Assembly: GCA_964570065.1 (NCBI GenBank)
Contig: CAZMVZ010000002.1
Location: 20,813-84,812 of the forward strand
Reading direction: 5' to 3'
Origin: an uncultured Candidatus Poseidoniales archaeon
GTDB taxonomy: Archaea > Thermoplasmatota > Poseidoniia > Poseidoniales > Thalassarchaeaceae
Length of the DNA: 64,000 nucleotides
This document shows, in pieces, positions 1 through 8,402 of the stretch. Position numbers and translations under genes: made by a program. The notes beneath the pieces are model-generated. The model was not told where the DNA came from and searched no databases. It saw nothing but the letters and a program-made list of their open reading frames with translations. Position 1 is the stretch's first letter; the number at the start of each line of letters is the position of its first letter.

Positions 1-518
1 GATTCGGATTAAAGAAAGTAGGAGGGATGAGGGAAATCTGGAGGGAGAAGTCCTCCCTTAGAAGGCACCGTAACCAAGCAATGAAGCTCATCGGCAGGGT
101 TGATTCCTCAGAGGGGCACTATGCAAAGGAAAAGGAGCAGTTGCTGGGATCCCTAACAAGAAAGGGTCTTTTGCAGACAGGAGCCGACATAGGAGACGTG
201 CTAGAGATAAACGTCGAACACATGCTTTCCAGGAGGTTCCAGTCGGTGGTATACTACAAGGGTCTTGCACCTTCAATGAGAGCGGCGAGAAATCTGATTG
301 TTCACGGGCACATTTGCATCGGCGAACAACGTATGACCGTCCCCGGATATCATGTCCTAAAGGAAGAGGAGGATTCGCTGCAATATAGTCAGAACTCTCC
401 TTTTGCTGATCCTGAGCATCCATTTAGGAAGGATTTGGAGTCAATGAGGTTCCAAGAGGAAGATGAGAGTGAGGAATCTGATGAAGCTGAGGCCACAGCG
501 GACAAGGAGGAGAAGTGA
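1..518 (+). CDS. rps4: 30S ribosomal protein uS4 (archaeal S4); the 5' end runs off the window
   Basis: The frame is open back to nt 1. 'EIWREKSSLRRHRNQAMKL' and the S4 RNA-binding domain 'ARNLIVHGHICIGEQRMTVPGYHV' are present. S11 and RpoD follow, as in the conserved archaeal cluster. The C-terminal tail is acidic. Confidence 0.9.
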   Translation, partial: FGLKKVGGMREIWREKSSLRRHRNQAMKLIGRVDSSEGHYAKEKEQLLGSLTRKGLLQTGADIGDVLEINVEHMLSRRFQSVVYYKGLAPSMRAARNLIVHGHICIGEQRMTVPGYHVLKEEEDSLQYSQNSPFADPEHPFRKDLESMRFQEEDESEESDEAEATADKEEK

Positions 519-898
519 TGGGCCACAAAGCGATTCTGCATATTTACAGCACTTTCAACAATGTGCTAATTACCGCTACAGACCTGACTGGCGCTGAGAC
601 AGTTTGCAAGGTCTCTGGGGGGATGGTGACCAAGGGGGGTAGTGACTCTGGTGGTCAGTTTGCAGCTACTAGAGCTGCAGAGAAGATTGCTGAGATGCTT
701 TCTGAGAAGGATTTCGACCAAGTAATCGTGAAGTATCGAGGTGCTGGGGGCAACAGATCAAACAGTGCTCCTGGTGCGACGGCTGCCATTAGAGCATTGA
801 CTCGTGCAGGAGTTAGAATTACGAGAATCGAAGATGTGACACCCATGCCAACCGATGGAACCAAGAGCAAGGGTGGACGAAGGGGCAGAAGAGTTTGA
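518..898 (+). CDS. rps11: 30S ribosomal protein uS11
   Basis: 'AILHIYSTFNNVLITATDLTG' and the C-terminus 'IEDVTPMPTDGTKSKGGRRGRRV' are typical uS11. The ATG at 518 overlaps the S4 TGA (TGATG), and GGAGG lies 7 nt upstream. The ORF track starts at an alternative GTG at 515. Confidence 0.95.
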   Translation: MGHKAILHIYSTFNNVLITATDLTGAETVCKVSGGMVTKGGSDSGGQFAATRAAEKIAEMLSEKDFDQVIVKYRGAGGNRSNSAPGATAAIRALTRAGVRITRIEDVTPMPTDGTKSKGGRRGRRV

Positions 899-912
899 AT
901 TGAGGTGAAAAG

Positions 913-1800
913 ATGGTGAAAATCAAGATACTAAAAGAAGCAGAAGAGAAGATACAGATCCTTCTCTCAAAAACCGACAGAAGTTTTGCCAATGCACTGA
1001 GGAGATCTCTAATTTCTGATACTCCTAAGATGGCAATAGACAGCGTCACATTCCAACTCGGGACAAAGGAGCAAGATGAGGAGATATGGGAGACTACGGG
1101 ACCTCTTCCCGACGAGATGATTGCCCAGAGGCTAGCAATGATACCAATTCCCACTGTACATGACAAGTTCCACTTCCAAAATGAGTGCCCCAACTGCAAA
1201 GATGTGGTGGAGGAAGAAAGAGGATGTGTGGAATGCCAGATGATTTACACTTGTGTTGTATTTGGTTCTGAAGAGGGTCGCTGGGTTACTGCTGGGGATA
1301 TGAAGTACCTAGGAGAAGGATCACTGGAGATTCCAGATGAGTACAGGAGCATCCCAATTACCAAGCTCCTAAAGGGACAGATGATTGAGTTCTATGCTAC
1401 TGCAATAATGGGACGTGGTAGAGAACACACAAAGTGGTCTCCAGTCTGTGGAGTCTCATTCCACCCACGAAGAATAGGGGTCATCAATAACAAAAAGAAG
1501 TCCAAGATCCTATGGGACATGGACTTGGAAATAAACGCCAAAGACTTCGACAAGGATGGGAAGCTGAAGGACATCGACAAGGTTGCAATCCTGGTCGATG
1601 AGTTGAACCATGTTGGAGAGGGTACAGAGGCTTCCAGAGAATTCAATGACGCAGTGACACTGGAAGAAGTCTCTGGGGAGTTCATCTTGGAGTTCGAAAC
1701 AGATGGCTCAATGGAGCCCAAAGTTGCATTCATGAAGGCAGTTGAAGAGCTCGCAGGAAGGTTTGGCTCCCTTGAGCAGGATCTCGCAACAGCACTTTGA
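913..1800 (+). CDS. rpoD: DNA-directed RNA polymerase subunit D (Rpo3)
   Basis: 'FANALRRSLISDTPKMAIDSV' is the RpoD/Rpb3 dimerisation motif. A Cys cluster 'CPNCKD..CVECQ' fits the archaeal subunit D domain 3. The gene follows S4-S11. Confidence 0.9.
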   Translation: MVKIKILKEAEEKIQILLSKTDRSFANALRRSLISDTPKMAIDSVTFQLGTKEQDEEIWETTGPLPDEMIAQRLAMIPIPTVHDKFHFQNECPNCKDVVEEERGCVECQMIYTCVVFGSEEGRWVTAGDMKYLGEGSLEIPDEYRSIPITKLLKGQMIEFYATAIMGRGREHTKWSPVCGVSFHPRRIGVINNKKKSKILWDMDLEINAKDFDKDGKLKDIDKVAILVDELNHVGEGTEASREFNDAVTLEEVSGEFILEFETDGSMEPKVAFMKAVEELAGRFGSLEQDLATAL

Positions 1801-1833
1801 ATTCCAACAATTCATTACCCATTCACTGGATGA

Positions 1834-2811
1834 GTGACTATGCCTACTGCACTGGGTAGAGGACAATGTGGCGGCCATATTACACTATTCTTCACGATTG
1901 AGGATGTCGTGGATGACCCTGTTGCACAGGGAAGCAGAGGTGCTGGACTTTGCTTGAAGGATGGAGTGGAATCTATAGCGAAAGGCGAAGATGGAGAAGG
2001 AGAACTGGTTGTCAGATTCCAAGGTGGAACCTATGACTCCACAATGTACGAAGATGTTCTAGAGGAGTTGATTAGAGAGATTCCTGAAATTCGATCATTC
2101 AATTGGGAATTAAACATCAGGATGTCTTTGCCTGCGTCACAGGGATTTGGCATGTCTGCTTCTGGTGCAATTGCATCTGCAATATCTGTCCAGAGGGCAA
2201 TAGGGATTCCCCACGAAGAATGTCTCAGAAGGTCATTCTTGATTGCCCATATTGTTGAGAGGAAGAGGTCTAGTGGTCTGGGGGACACAACTGCTCTTTC
2301 ATCGGGAGGTGTCGAAAGAAGGATTGCTGCAGGCTCTCCCTTTTCTGGAAGTTTTCTCGATCGGGGGCCGGGGATTTCTGAAGGCTGGGCTGCCGATACG
2401 CCCGTTCTTCTAGTCTGGAAGGAGAGAACTGGTAAGCATACTTCGAAATATATTGATCACCCTGAATGGAAAGTGAAAATTAGCGAAGCTGGAGCATCCG
2501 CAATGGAAATTATAGGGAAAGGAAATTGGGACTCAGGGAGGTGGTCGGAACTTATTGATAGGTCACTGATTTTTGCTTTTGATAGTGGTTTGGAGTTTGA
2601 TGCGTCTAGAACCGAAATAATCGGTGCGGCTAATGAGGCAATTGGAAATTCTGGTTTATCCGATAGATTGTCGACGATGCTTTGCATGTTGGGAGAGAGT
2701 GTTGTCATTGTCCCTAATGACTATCTTGACGAGGATGATTGGTTGGGTGAACTATCTGCAGCTCTCGAAAGAGTGGGTTTCTCAACTTTCTCAAGTAGGA
2801 TTGGTCCTTGA
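1834..2811 (+). CDS. GHMP-family kinase, probably archaeal pantoate kinase
   Basis: The GHMP motif 'PASQGFGMSASGAIASAISV' is present. The N-terminus 'GHITLFFTI..GSRGAGLCL' resembles pantoate kinase (COG1829) as I recall it. The partner enzyme gene lies at 53.5 kb. Confidence 0.6.
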   Translation: MTMPTALGRGQCGGHITLFFTIEDVVDDPVAQGSRGAGLCLKDGVESIAKGEDGEGELVVRFQGGTYDSTMYEDVLEELIREIPEIRSFNWELNIRMSLPASQGFGMSASGAIASAISVQRAIGIPHEECLRRSFLIAHIVERKRSSGLGDTTALSSGGVERRIAAGSPFSGSFLDRGPGISEGWAADTPVLLVWKERTGKHTSKYIDHPEWKVKISEAGASAMEIIGKGNWDSGRWSELIDRSLIFAFDSGLEFDASRTEIIGAANEAIGNSGLSDRLSTMLCMLGESVVIVPNDYLDEDDWLGELSAALERVGFSTFSSRIGP

Positions 2812-2821
2812 GTTAGATGGC

Positions 2822-3874
2822 TCAGGACTTCGAATTCTCATGGAAATCCTCAAGCGGTTTCAAGTCAAGAGGGCTGGAATCTAGCTTTATTGCCCCCCTC
2901 AGCCTTAGTCCATCACAGAATCCGTGCCGATAAACAAGAGCTCCCTGGCCGTATTCTGCGACATACCTGTCTACCTGCTTCTGGGTCTTCTTCTTCGGGA
3001 ATTTTAGATCTGCACCGAAGAAGTGCTTTGCATCGATCCATGCACAAGGAATTCCATTGATTCTAACGTCATCAAGGAGAAGAAGGTCGGGCGTAATTAT
3101 TGCCCTACCCTCGCTCTTGGTCTGTTCTCTCAGAAGTTCTTCCTGGCGCCTGAATCTGACACCTACTGATTCGAAATAGCTGCACAGGATCTCCTCAAAG
3201 ACCTCGGCTGCAGTCTGGGTCTCGGTTTGGTTTACCGAGCTTACTCTGTCTACTGATTCTGCTAGTTCGAACTGTTCCTTGTCCCTTTTGTTTAACTTAG
3301 ATGGGTTCTTGTTTAGTGTATCCTTGATTCTGGTCTTTGTCCACCCTCGACCTGTAAGTATGGCTCTGAAAGTATTGACCGGTGGAGCATCGAACCTCTT
3401 TGAGAGGGCGATTACGCTTTCTCCGGAGTCGTACCTTCTACTGAGCTCATTGCTTCTACGCATCAATTTTGAATGAGAATATACACTCTTCTCCTGATTT
3501 AATGCTGCCCTCAGAGAAAGAGCCTGTTCCAGACTGATTGGAAGTCCGTCGAGTTTTGCTGCAATCTCCTGAACTCTTTTCTCGGGAAGGAATCCGAATT
3601 CTCCAGGGATGCAGGCTATCTTCCCAGCCTTACTTTGAACTTCCTTGGTGACTGCTTTGGTTCTCCATTTGATTTCTACCTTCTCCGGAGGTGGGTTGAT
3701 TTCTTTTGGTATCCCCATTGGTCTGGGATTAACAGTAAACCTCTCTAGGGCTCTTTCAATCTCCTCTGATTTAGCGCCTTTACCGTTCCCCTTCGGAGGG
3801 TTGTTTTCCTTCCTCGGGCGGCGGCGGCGCCTCCGACGCCCTCGGCGTCGCTTGGCACTCTCGTCTTCACTCAA
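2822..3874 (-). CDS. CDIN1/C15orf41-like TPD-motif PD-(D/E)XK nuclease-fold protein with a poly-Arg N-terminus
   Basis: The C-terminal 'ITPDLLLLDD..NGIPCAWIDAKHFFG..GALVYRHGF' gives PD...D-x-K geometry. It matches the remembered TPD-family pattern (TPDF-L...WIESKA-FG...Y-YGF). The central 'LSRRYDSGESVIALSKRFDAPPVNTFRAIL' looks HTH-like. The N-terminus is 'RRRGRRRRRRRPRK'. Confidence 0.55.
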   Translation of the reverse strand: MSEDESAKRRRGRRRRRRRPRKENNPPKGNGKGAKSEEIERALERFTVNPRPMGIPKEINPPPEKVEIKWRTKAVTKEVQSKAGKIACIPGEFGFLPEKRVQEIAAKLDGLPISLEQALSLRAALNQEKSVYSHSKLMRRSNELSRRYDSGESVIALSKRFDAPPVNTFRAILTGRGWTKTRIKDTLNKNPSKLNKRDKEQFELAESVDRVSSVNQTETQTAAEVFEEILCSYFESVGVRFRRQEELLREQTKSEGRAIITPDLLLLDDVRINGIPCAWIDAKHFFGADLKFPKKKTQKQVDRYVAEYGQGALVYRHGFCDGLRLRGAIKLDSSPLDLKPLEDFHENSKS

Positions 3875-3920
3875 TGGTCATGCCAGATATCGGAGCCCCA
3901 TGAACCCACCGAGTGAACGA

Positions 3921-4265
3921 CTACTTCCTCATGCGGGCGTAGACGTCGTAGAAGTAATCCCGAATTGGCCATGGTAGCAGTGCCATTGCTGATGCCATGG
4001 GCCATGGAAATCTGAGCTTTCCACAGACTCTCCAGATCGCCGCGCTCTTGGAATACCACTCCCCTGTGTTGGAGATAAGAAAAATGGAGTCTAGTCCCTC
4101 AAGTCTCTTTGGTATCGCTTTCAAAATTTCAACGCCATCGGGGCTATTCTGCCCGATTAGAGTTATTCTTGATTCTTGGCCTCTCCTTCTGATGAATTCT
4201 GCCCACCGATTGCATTTGTTGCATTGATCGTCGAAAAGGACGATATCGGATTTTCTCAAATGCAT
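3921..4265 (-). CDS. DCC-family thiol-disulfide oxidoreductase (DUF393)
   Basis: An N-terminal 'VLFDDQCNKCNRWAEFI' DxxCxxC motif is present, and the size (114 aa) is typical of the family. Confidence 0.7.
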   Translation of the reverse strand: MHLRKSDIVLFDDQCNKCNRWAEFIRRRGQESRITLIGQNSPDGVEILKAIPKRLEGLDSIFLISNTGEWYSKSAAIWRVCGKLRFPWPMASAMALLPWPIRDYFYDVYARMRK

Positions 4266-4272
4266 GCTTCAC

Positions 4273-7128
4273 CTAGACAAATGCTATTCCCGGTGCTAGG
4301 GGAAATGAAATTCGGGCCTTACCTCCCACATCCTCGGCTTCTCCGGCGGTGTACACCTCGACCGATTCAACCTCTAAGGAAGACGCAATGAAATCTGAGT
4401 TCTGCTTGATTATCTCGACCTCGTCAATACGTTCTGAAATTAGTGTCCTCTCGCCCTCTAACCAAGTGTGGATTCGCCCCCTAGTCTTCTTCCCCCCCAT
4501 GGTGATAGAGTTCCAAGTCTGGAAGACTTCGCCTCTAGTTGATTCCTCCTTGAATGCCTCTAGCGACTTGACGTGAGACTGGCCCGCTTCTTTGAAGTCA
4601 AAACCTTCTTGGTGCAGACTGATTGCCTCTGATGCTAAGTCGTTTTTCCATTCGGGAGATGTTTGGATTACCACCTTCGTGATTTCATTCTCCGAGTGCC
4701 TTTCTGCAAGAGTTCTGAGATTTCTACCGCTCGAGATTATTTCTTTGAGGTAATTCTCAAGTGCCAATACTCGAATGTCGTTAGAATCTGGCTGAAGAAT
4801 AGGTATCACAAACTTTGCTAGGATGTCATCTCGACCAGTTTTCTTCCAGAATTCTTCAGCAATATGGGGGGTCGCTGGTGCTAGCATAGGTATCCATCCC
4901 TGTAAGAATGTCATTGCAGTGACTCGATCACACCCTCCTCTACGTAGATACCAATTCCAATCTGATAGCATCTCGAAGTGGCTAATCATAACGCCCTCTC
5001 GAAGGCTAACGTCGGACATTACCTCGACCCATTTCTTCTGATTAACCCTCATCCTGGACATTAGCCAATCATCAATCTCAGAAGGTGAATCTGAAAATCT
5101 TAATGCTCCATCAACTGCGTCGATTAAAGAAAACATCTGACGATGGTTTGCTTCAAGAGAACTGTCTGACCAATCCATTCCTGCCTCCGGATTTGCCCCA
5201 AACAGAATGAATAGCCTGACAGTGTCGGCTCCGAATCTAGAAATCATCTCTTCTGGACTGACCGTGTTTCCTAGTGACTTACTCATCTTTGCTGAACGGC
5301 TGGAGAGGGGTTCCCCACAGGAAGGGCAATCCAAATCAAATTTGTCTACATGATACTCAGAGTTACAATCCGCGCAGTATGGTGCTGGTGCGTTGAGCAT
5401 TCCCTGACACACTAGTCTACCGAAGGGCTCTCCAACCTCATTCATCCCGGCATCTCTGGTGAATTTTGTAAAGAATCGAGCATAGAGAAGGTGCATTACT
5501 GCATGCTCAATCCCTCCTATGTAGAGATCTACACCACCCCCCATCCAGTAGTCGACTGCTGCACGGTCGAATGGAGAGGTCTCGTTGTTCGCATCACAAA
5601 ATCTCATGAAATACCAAGAAGAGTCGTAGAATGTATCCATTGTGTCTGTCTCCCTCTTTGCATCTCCTCCACAGGAGGGGCATTTGGTCTGAACAAAGGA
5701 ACTGTGTGATTCTAGAGGATTCCCACTCTGTTCCTCAGTAAAGACAACGTCTAGTGGGAGTTCCACTGGAAGGTTTTCTCTGGGAACCGGGACGACTCCG
5801 CAGGAATCACAGTGAATCATGGGAATTGGGGTTCCCCAGAACCTCTGCCTGCTCAGAAGCCAGTCCTTCAGACGATACTCCACAGTCCCATAGCCTGATT
5901 TATTATTCTCAAGAGCAGCAATGACTGCATTCTTTGCATCGTCTCCGGAAAGACCGTCGAACCCGTCTATCGATGAATTGATCATGGGGCCATACCCTTC
6001 GAATGCCCTAATTAGTGGTGAATGATGGTCTGAATCCTCTTTTTCTTGAAGGACTTGCCTAATCTCTAGATCGTAGGCTTTGGCAAATTCGAAGTCTCTC
6101 TGATCATGTCCCGGGACTGCCATTACCGCTCCAGTCCCGTACGAAGCGACCACGAAGTTTCCAGCATAAATTGGGATCTCTTCACCGTTCATTGGGTTGA
6201 TTGCATGCCTTCCAAGGAAAACCCCCTTCTTTTCCTTCAACATGTTGATTCTCTCGAATTCTGACATCCTGGCGCATTCGTCCCTTAGGTTTCTCCATCC
6301 TTGTTCCCAATCGGTCCCCATGCACAACTCCTCACATAGTGGGTGCTCAGGAGATAGTGTGACAAAGGTGGCTCCAAAAATTGTGTCAGGCCGGGTGGTA
6401 AACGCCCCGATTAATGACTCAGAGTCGACAACTGGGAAGTCAATATGTGCCCCATGTGAACGACCAATCCAGTTTCTCTGCATTGTCTTGACATTCTCTG
6501 GGAAGGAGATGCTGTCTAGTTCTTCGAGTAACTCATCGGAATACTCCGTCATTCTTACGAACCATTGGGCCATGTCCCTCTGAACTACTTCCAAGCCACA
6601 CCTCCAGCATCTGTTGTTCTTGACCTGCTCATTTGCCAGGACCGTATCACAGTCCACGCACCAATTTACAGGAGCCATTCGCCTTTCGACCAGCCCCTTC
6701 TCGTTTAGGGTGAGGAACATTTCCTGATTCCAACGATAGTACTCGACATCGGACGTAGCTAGGAATCGCCGCCAATCGTATGAGTACCCCATCCTTTCCT
6801 GATCGGAACGTATGCTTGAGATGTTGCTGTGGGTGACTGCATTTGGATGGCCACCCTCCTTCTTGGCAGCATTCTCAGCGGGCATTCCAAATGAGTCGTA
6901 TCCCATTGGATAGAGTACATTCTTCCCCATTAGCCTGTGAAAGCGAGCCATTGCGTCTCCGATAGAGTAGTTTCTGACGTGTCCCATGTGCATGTGACCA
7001 GATGGATATGGGAACATCTCGAGGCAGTAGAACTTGGGCTTTGACTCGTCTATTTCGGCCTCGAAAACACCCGCATCGGACCATTCCTTCTGCCAGCGCG
7101 ATTCAAGCTCTTGTGGGTCGTATGCCAT
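4273..7128 (-). CDS. leuS: Leucyl-tRNA synthetase
   Basis: The class I signatures 'PYPSGHMHMGH' (HIGH) and 'AKMSKSLGN' (KMSKS) are present. The 951-aa protein has a CP1 editing insertion and Zn-binding Cys pairs. Confidence 0.95.
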   Translation of the reverse strand: MAYDPQELESRWQKEWSDAGVFEAEIDESKPKFYCLEMFPYPSGHMHMGHVRNYSIGDAMARFHRLMGKNVLYPMGYDSFGMPAENAAKKEGGHPNAVTHSNISSIRSDQERMGYSYDWRRFLATSDVEYYRWNQEMFLTLNEKGLVERRMAPVNWCVDCDTVLANEQVKNNRCWRCGLEVVQRDMAQWFVRMTEYSDELLEELDSISFPENVKTMQRNWIGRSHGAHIDFPVVDSESLIGAFTTRPDTIFGATFVTLSPEHPLCEELCMGTDWEQGWRNLRDECARMSEFERINMLKEKKGVFLGRHAINPMNGEEIPIYAGNFVVASYGTGAVMAVPGHDQRDFEFAKAYDLEIRQVLQEKEDSDHHSPLIRAFEGYGPMINSSIDGFDGLSGDDAKNAVIAALENNKSGYGTVEYRLKDWLLSRQRFWGTPIPMIHCDSCGVVPVPRENLPVELPLDVVFTEEQSGNPLESHSSFVQTKCPSCGGDAKRETDTMDTFYDSSWYFMRFCDANNETSPFDRAAVDYWMGGGVDLYIGGIEHAVMHLLYARFFTKFTRDAGMNEVGEPFGRLVCQGMLNAPAPYCADCNSEYHVDKFDLDCPSCGEPLSSRSAKMSKSLGNTVSPEEMISRFGADTVRLFILFGANPEAGMDWSDSSLEANHRQMFSLIDAVDGALRFSDSPSEIDDWLMSRMRVNQKKWVEVMSDVSLREGVMISHFEMLSDWNWYLRRGGCDRVTAMTFLQGWIPMLAPATPHIAEEFWKKTGRDDILAKFVIPILQPDSNDIRVLALENYLKEIISSGRNLRTLAERHSENEITKVVIQTSPEWKNDLASEAISLHQEGFDFKEAGQSHVKSLEAFKEESTRGEVFQTWNSITMGGKKTRGRIHTWLEGERTLISERIDEVEIIKQNSDFIASSLEVESVEVYTAGEAEDVGGKARISFPLAPGIAFV

Positions 7129-7201
7129 TTACTCAAACTCACCGCTGAGTATGGGTTGTATATGCATTACGACTTTGTTTGATGCCTGTCTCGGAGAAGA
7201 T

Positions 7202-7909
7202 ATGCTGTCAGACGGAGAGTTCCATTCAGCAATTTGGGATGATGGGGTGGAGGTCTGGGTCACTCAGATGGGGTCACTCATGAATATGAATACAGCCTTT
7301 GTTGACAGAGCAAATGGTGTTGTTGCAATCATAGATCCATACGATGCGAAAAAATGGATTTCAAAACTAGAGCAAGAGGGTTTGGAGCCAACTCACCTAC
7401 TCTACACGCACACCCATAGGGATCACGCAGCCGGTTACCCGGGGATGATCAAGAGATACCCCAATCTGGAAGTCTGGGGGCATGAGGATGCCAGAGTTCC
7501 GAACTTACTTGGTCACATAGTTTTCAGGAATGTAGACTTCACAGATACTTGGAGAGTTTCTCCTGGAGAGAGTGTTGATTGGTCCGCAGGATCAATTTTT
7601 CTTACTGTGACGCATTCTCCAGGGCATGCTCCTGGTCATGTTACATTCCATGGTCATGGGGTCTACCATGCAGGTGATTTGCTATTCGTAAGAAGCGCAG
7701 GCAGGGTTGATCTTCCAGGGGGAGATCCCCAAGCCCAACAGAGGAGCCTCATTCGGGCTAAAGAAATCCTCCAAGGACTGCCTCCGGACTGGAGGCTCAT
7801 TCCCGGGCACAGGTATGATGACTTCAAGGGCGAGGTACCGGACTGGATTAGTCTAGGTGATGCGTTGAAGCACAACTACTTCCTTTCTAATATCACAATG
7901 ATTGACTAG
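7202..7909 (+). CDS. MBL-fold metallo-hydrolase (glyoxalase II-like)
   Basis: 'LYTHTHRDHAAG' is the HxHxDH motif, and downstream 'HSPGHAPGH' and 'GHRYD' are metal ligands. I moved the start to ATG 7202 because the track ORF start (7034) lies inside leuS. ATG 7151 is an alternative. Confidence 0.8.
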   Translation: MLSDGEFHSAIWDDGVEVWVTQMGSLMNMNTAFVDRANGVVAIIDPYDAKKWISKLEQEGLEPTHLLYTHTHRDHAAGYPGMIKRYPNLEVWGHEDARVPNLLGHIVFRNVDFTDTWRVSPGESVDWSAGSIFLTVTHSPGHAPGHVTFHGHGVYHAGDLLFVRSAGRVDLPGGDPQAQQRSLIRAKEILQGLPPDWRLIPGHRYDDFKGEVPDWISLGDALKHNYFLSNITMID

Positions 7910-7912
7910 AGG

Positions 7913-8398
7913 CTATCTTCTCAGAAGTCGCCTAACCAAACTGCTTTCTTCATCGAGGGAGGATGATTCTTCCTCCCTGACCTTCTTCAATGCATTAATT
8001 GGGACCCAATCATCTGGTACCAACCTCCATGGTGTTACTCTTGCCATTATTCCAAGGAGGACTTGGCTGCCTGGAATCATGAAAACTCTGAGAGGTGGGA
8101 CGACCAAGCTCAGTGCAGCTAAGTCTTCTCTGGCCTGTATTTTCTCCGTCCGGCTAACTCTTCGTCCGATTAGGATGCTGGAGAGTGTGGCCGATGTGCG
8201 CTTGAAGTGCTCAGCACCGATTTTCGATGTGTCCCAAGCCTTCTCAATAGATTCACCCCACTTGTTAGGCTCCTTTGCTACTTCCTTGATTTCGTTCTGT
8301 GATTTATCGGGGAGGCGTCGATATGCTGCAGCAGTTCCAGTTGCCACCCATGGCAACCACCTAACCATGAATCCTGCGAATTTCCTAAACCTGCCCAT
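7913..8398 (-). CDS. Hypothetical protein, tentatively LETM1-like
   Basis: 'SRTEKIQAREDLAALSLVVPPLRVFMIPGSQVLLGIMARVTPWRLVPDDW' loosely parallels the LETM1 core 'SRRER..DLFRLVPF.VF..VPFMEFLLP....FPNMLPSTF' recalled from memory. Confidence 0.35.
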   Translation of the reverse strand: MGRFRKFAGFMVRWLPWVATGTAAAYRRLPDKSQNEIKEVAKEPNKWGESIEKAWDTSKIGAEHFKRTSATLSSILIGRRVSRTEKIQAREDLAALSLVVPPLRVFMIPGSQVLLGIMARVTPWRLVPDDWVPINALKKVREEESSSLDEESSLVRRLLRR

Positions 8399-8402
8399 AG
8401 AA

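Noticed and set aside
7034-7201. N-terminal 56 codons of the track ORF 7034..7909, overlapping the 5' end of leuS on the opposite strand.
   Set aside because: The extension is Ser/Cys-rich with no MBL-fold homology and overlaps leuS by 95 nt. The MBL domain alignment begins after Met at 7202.
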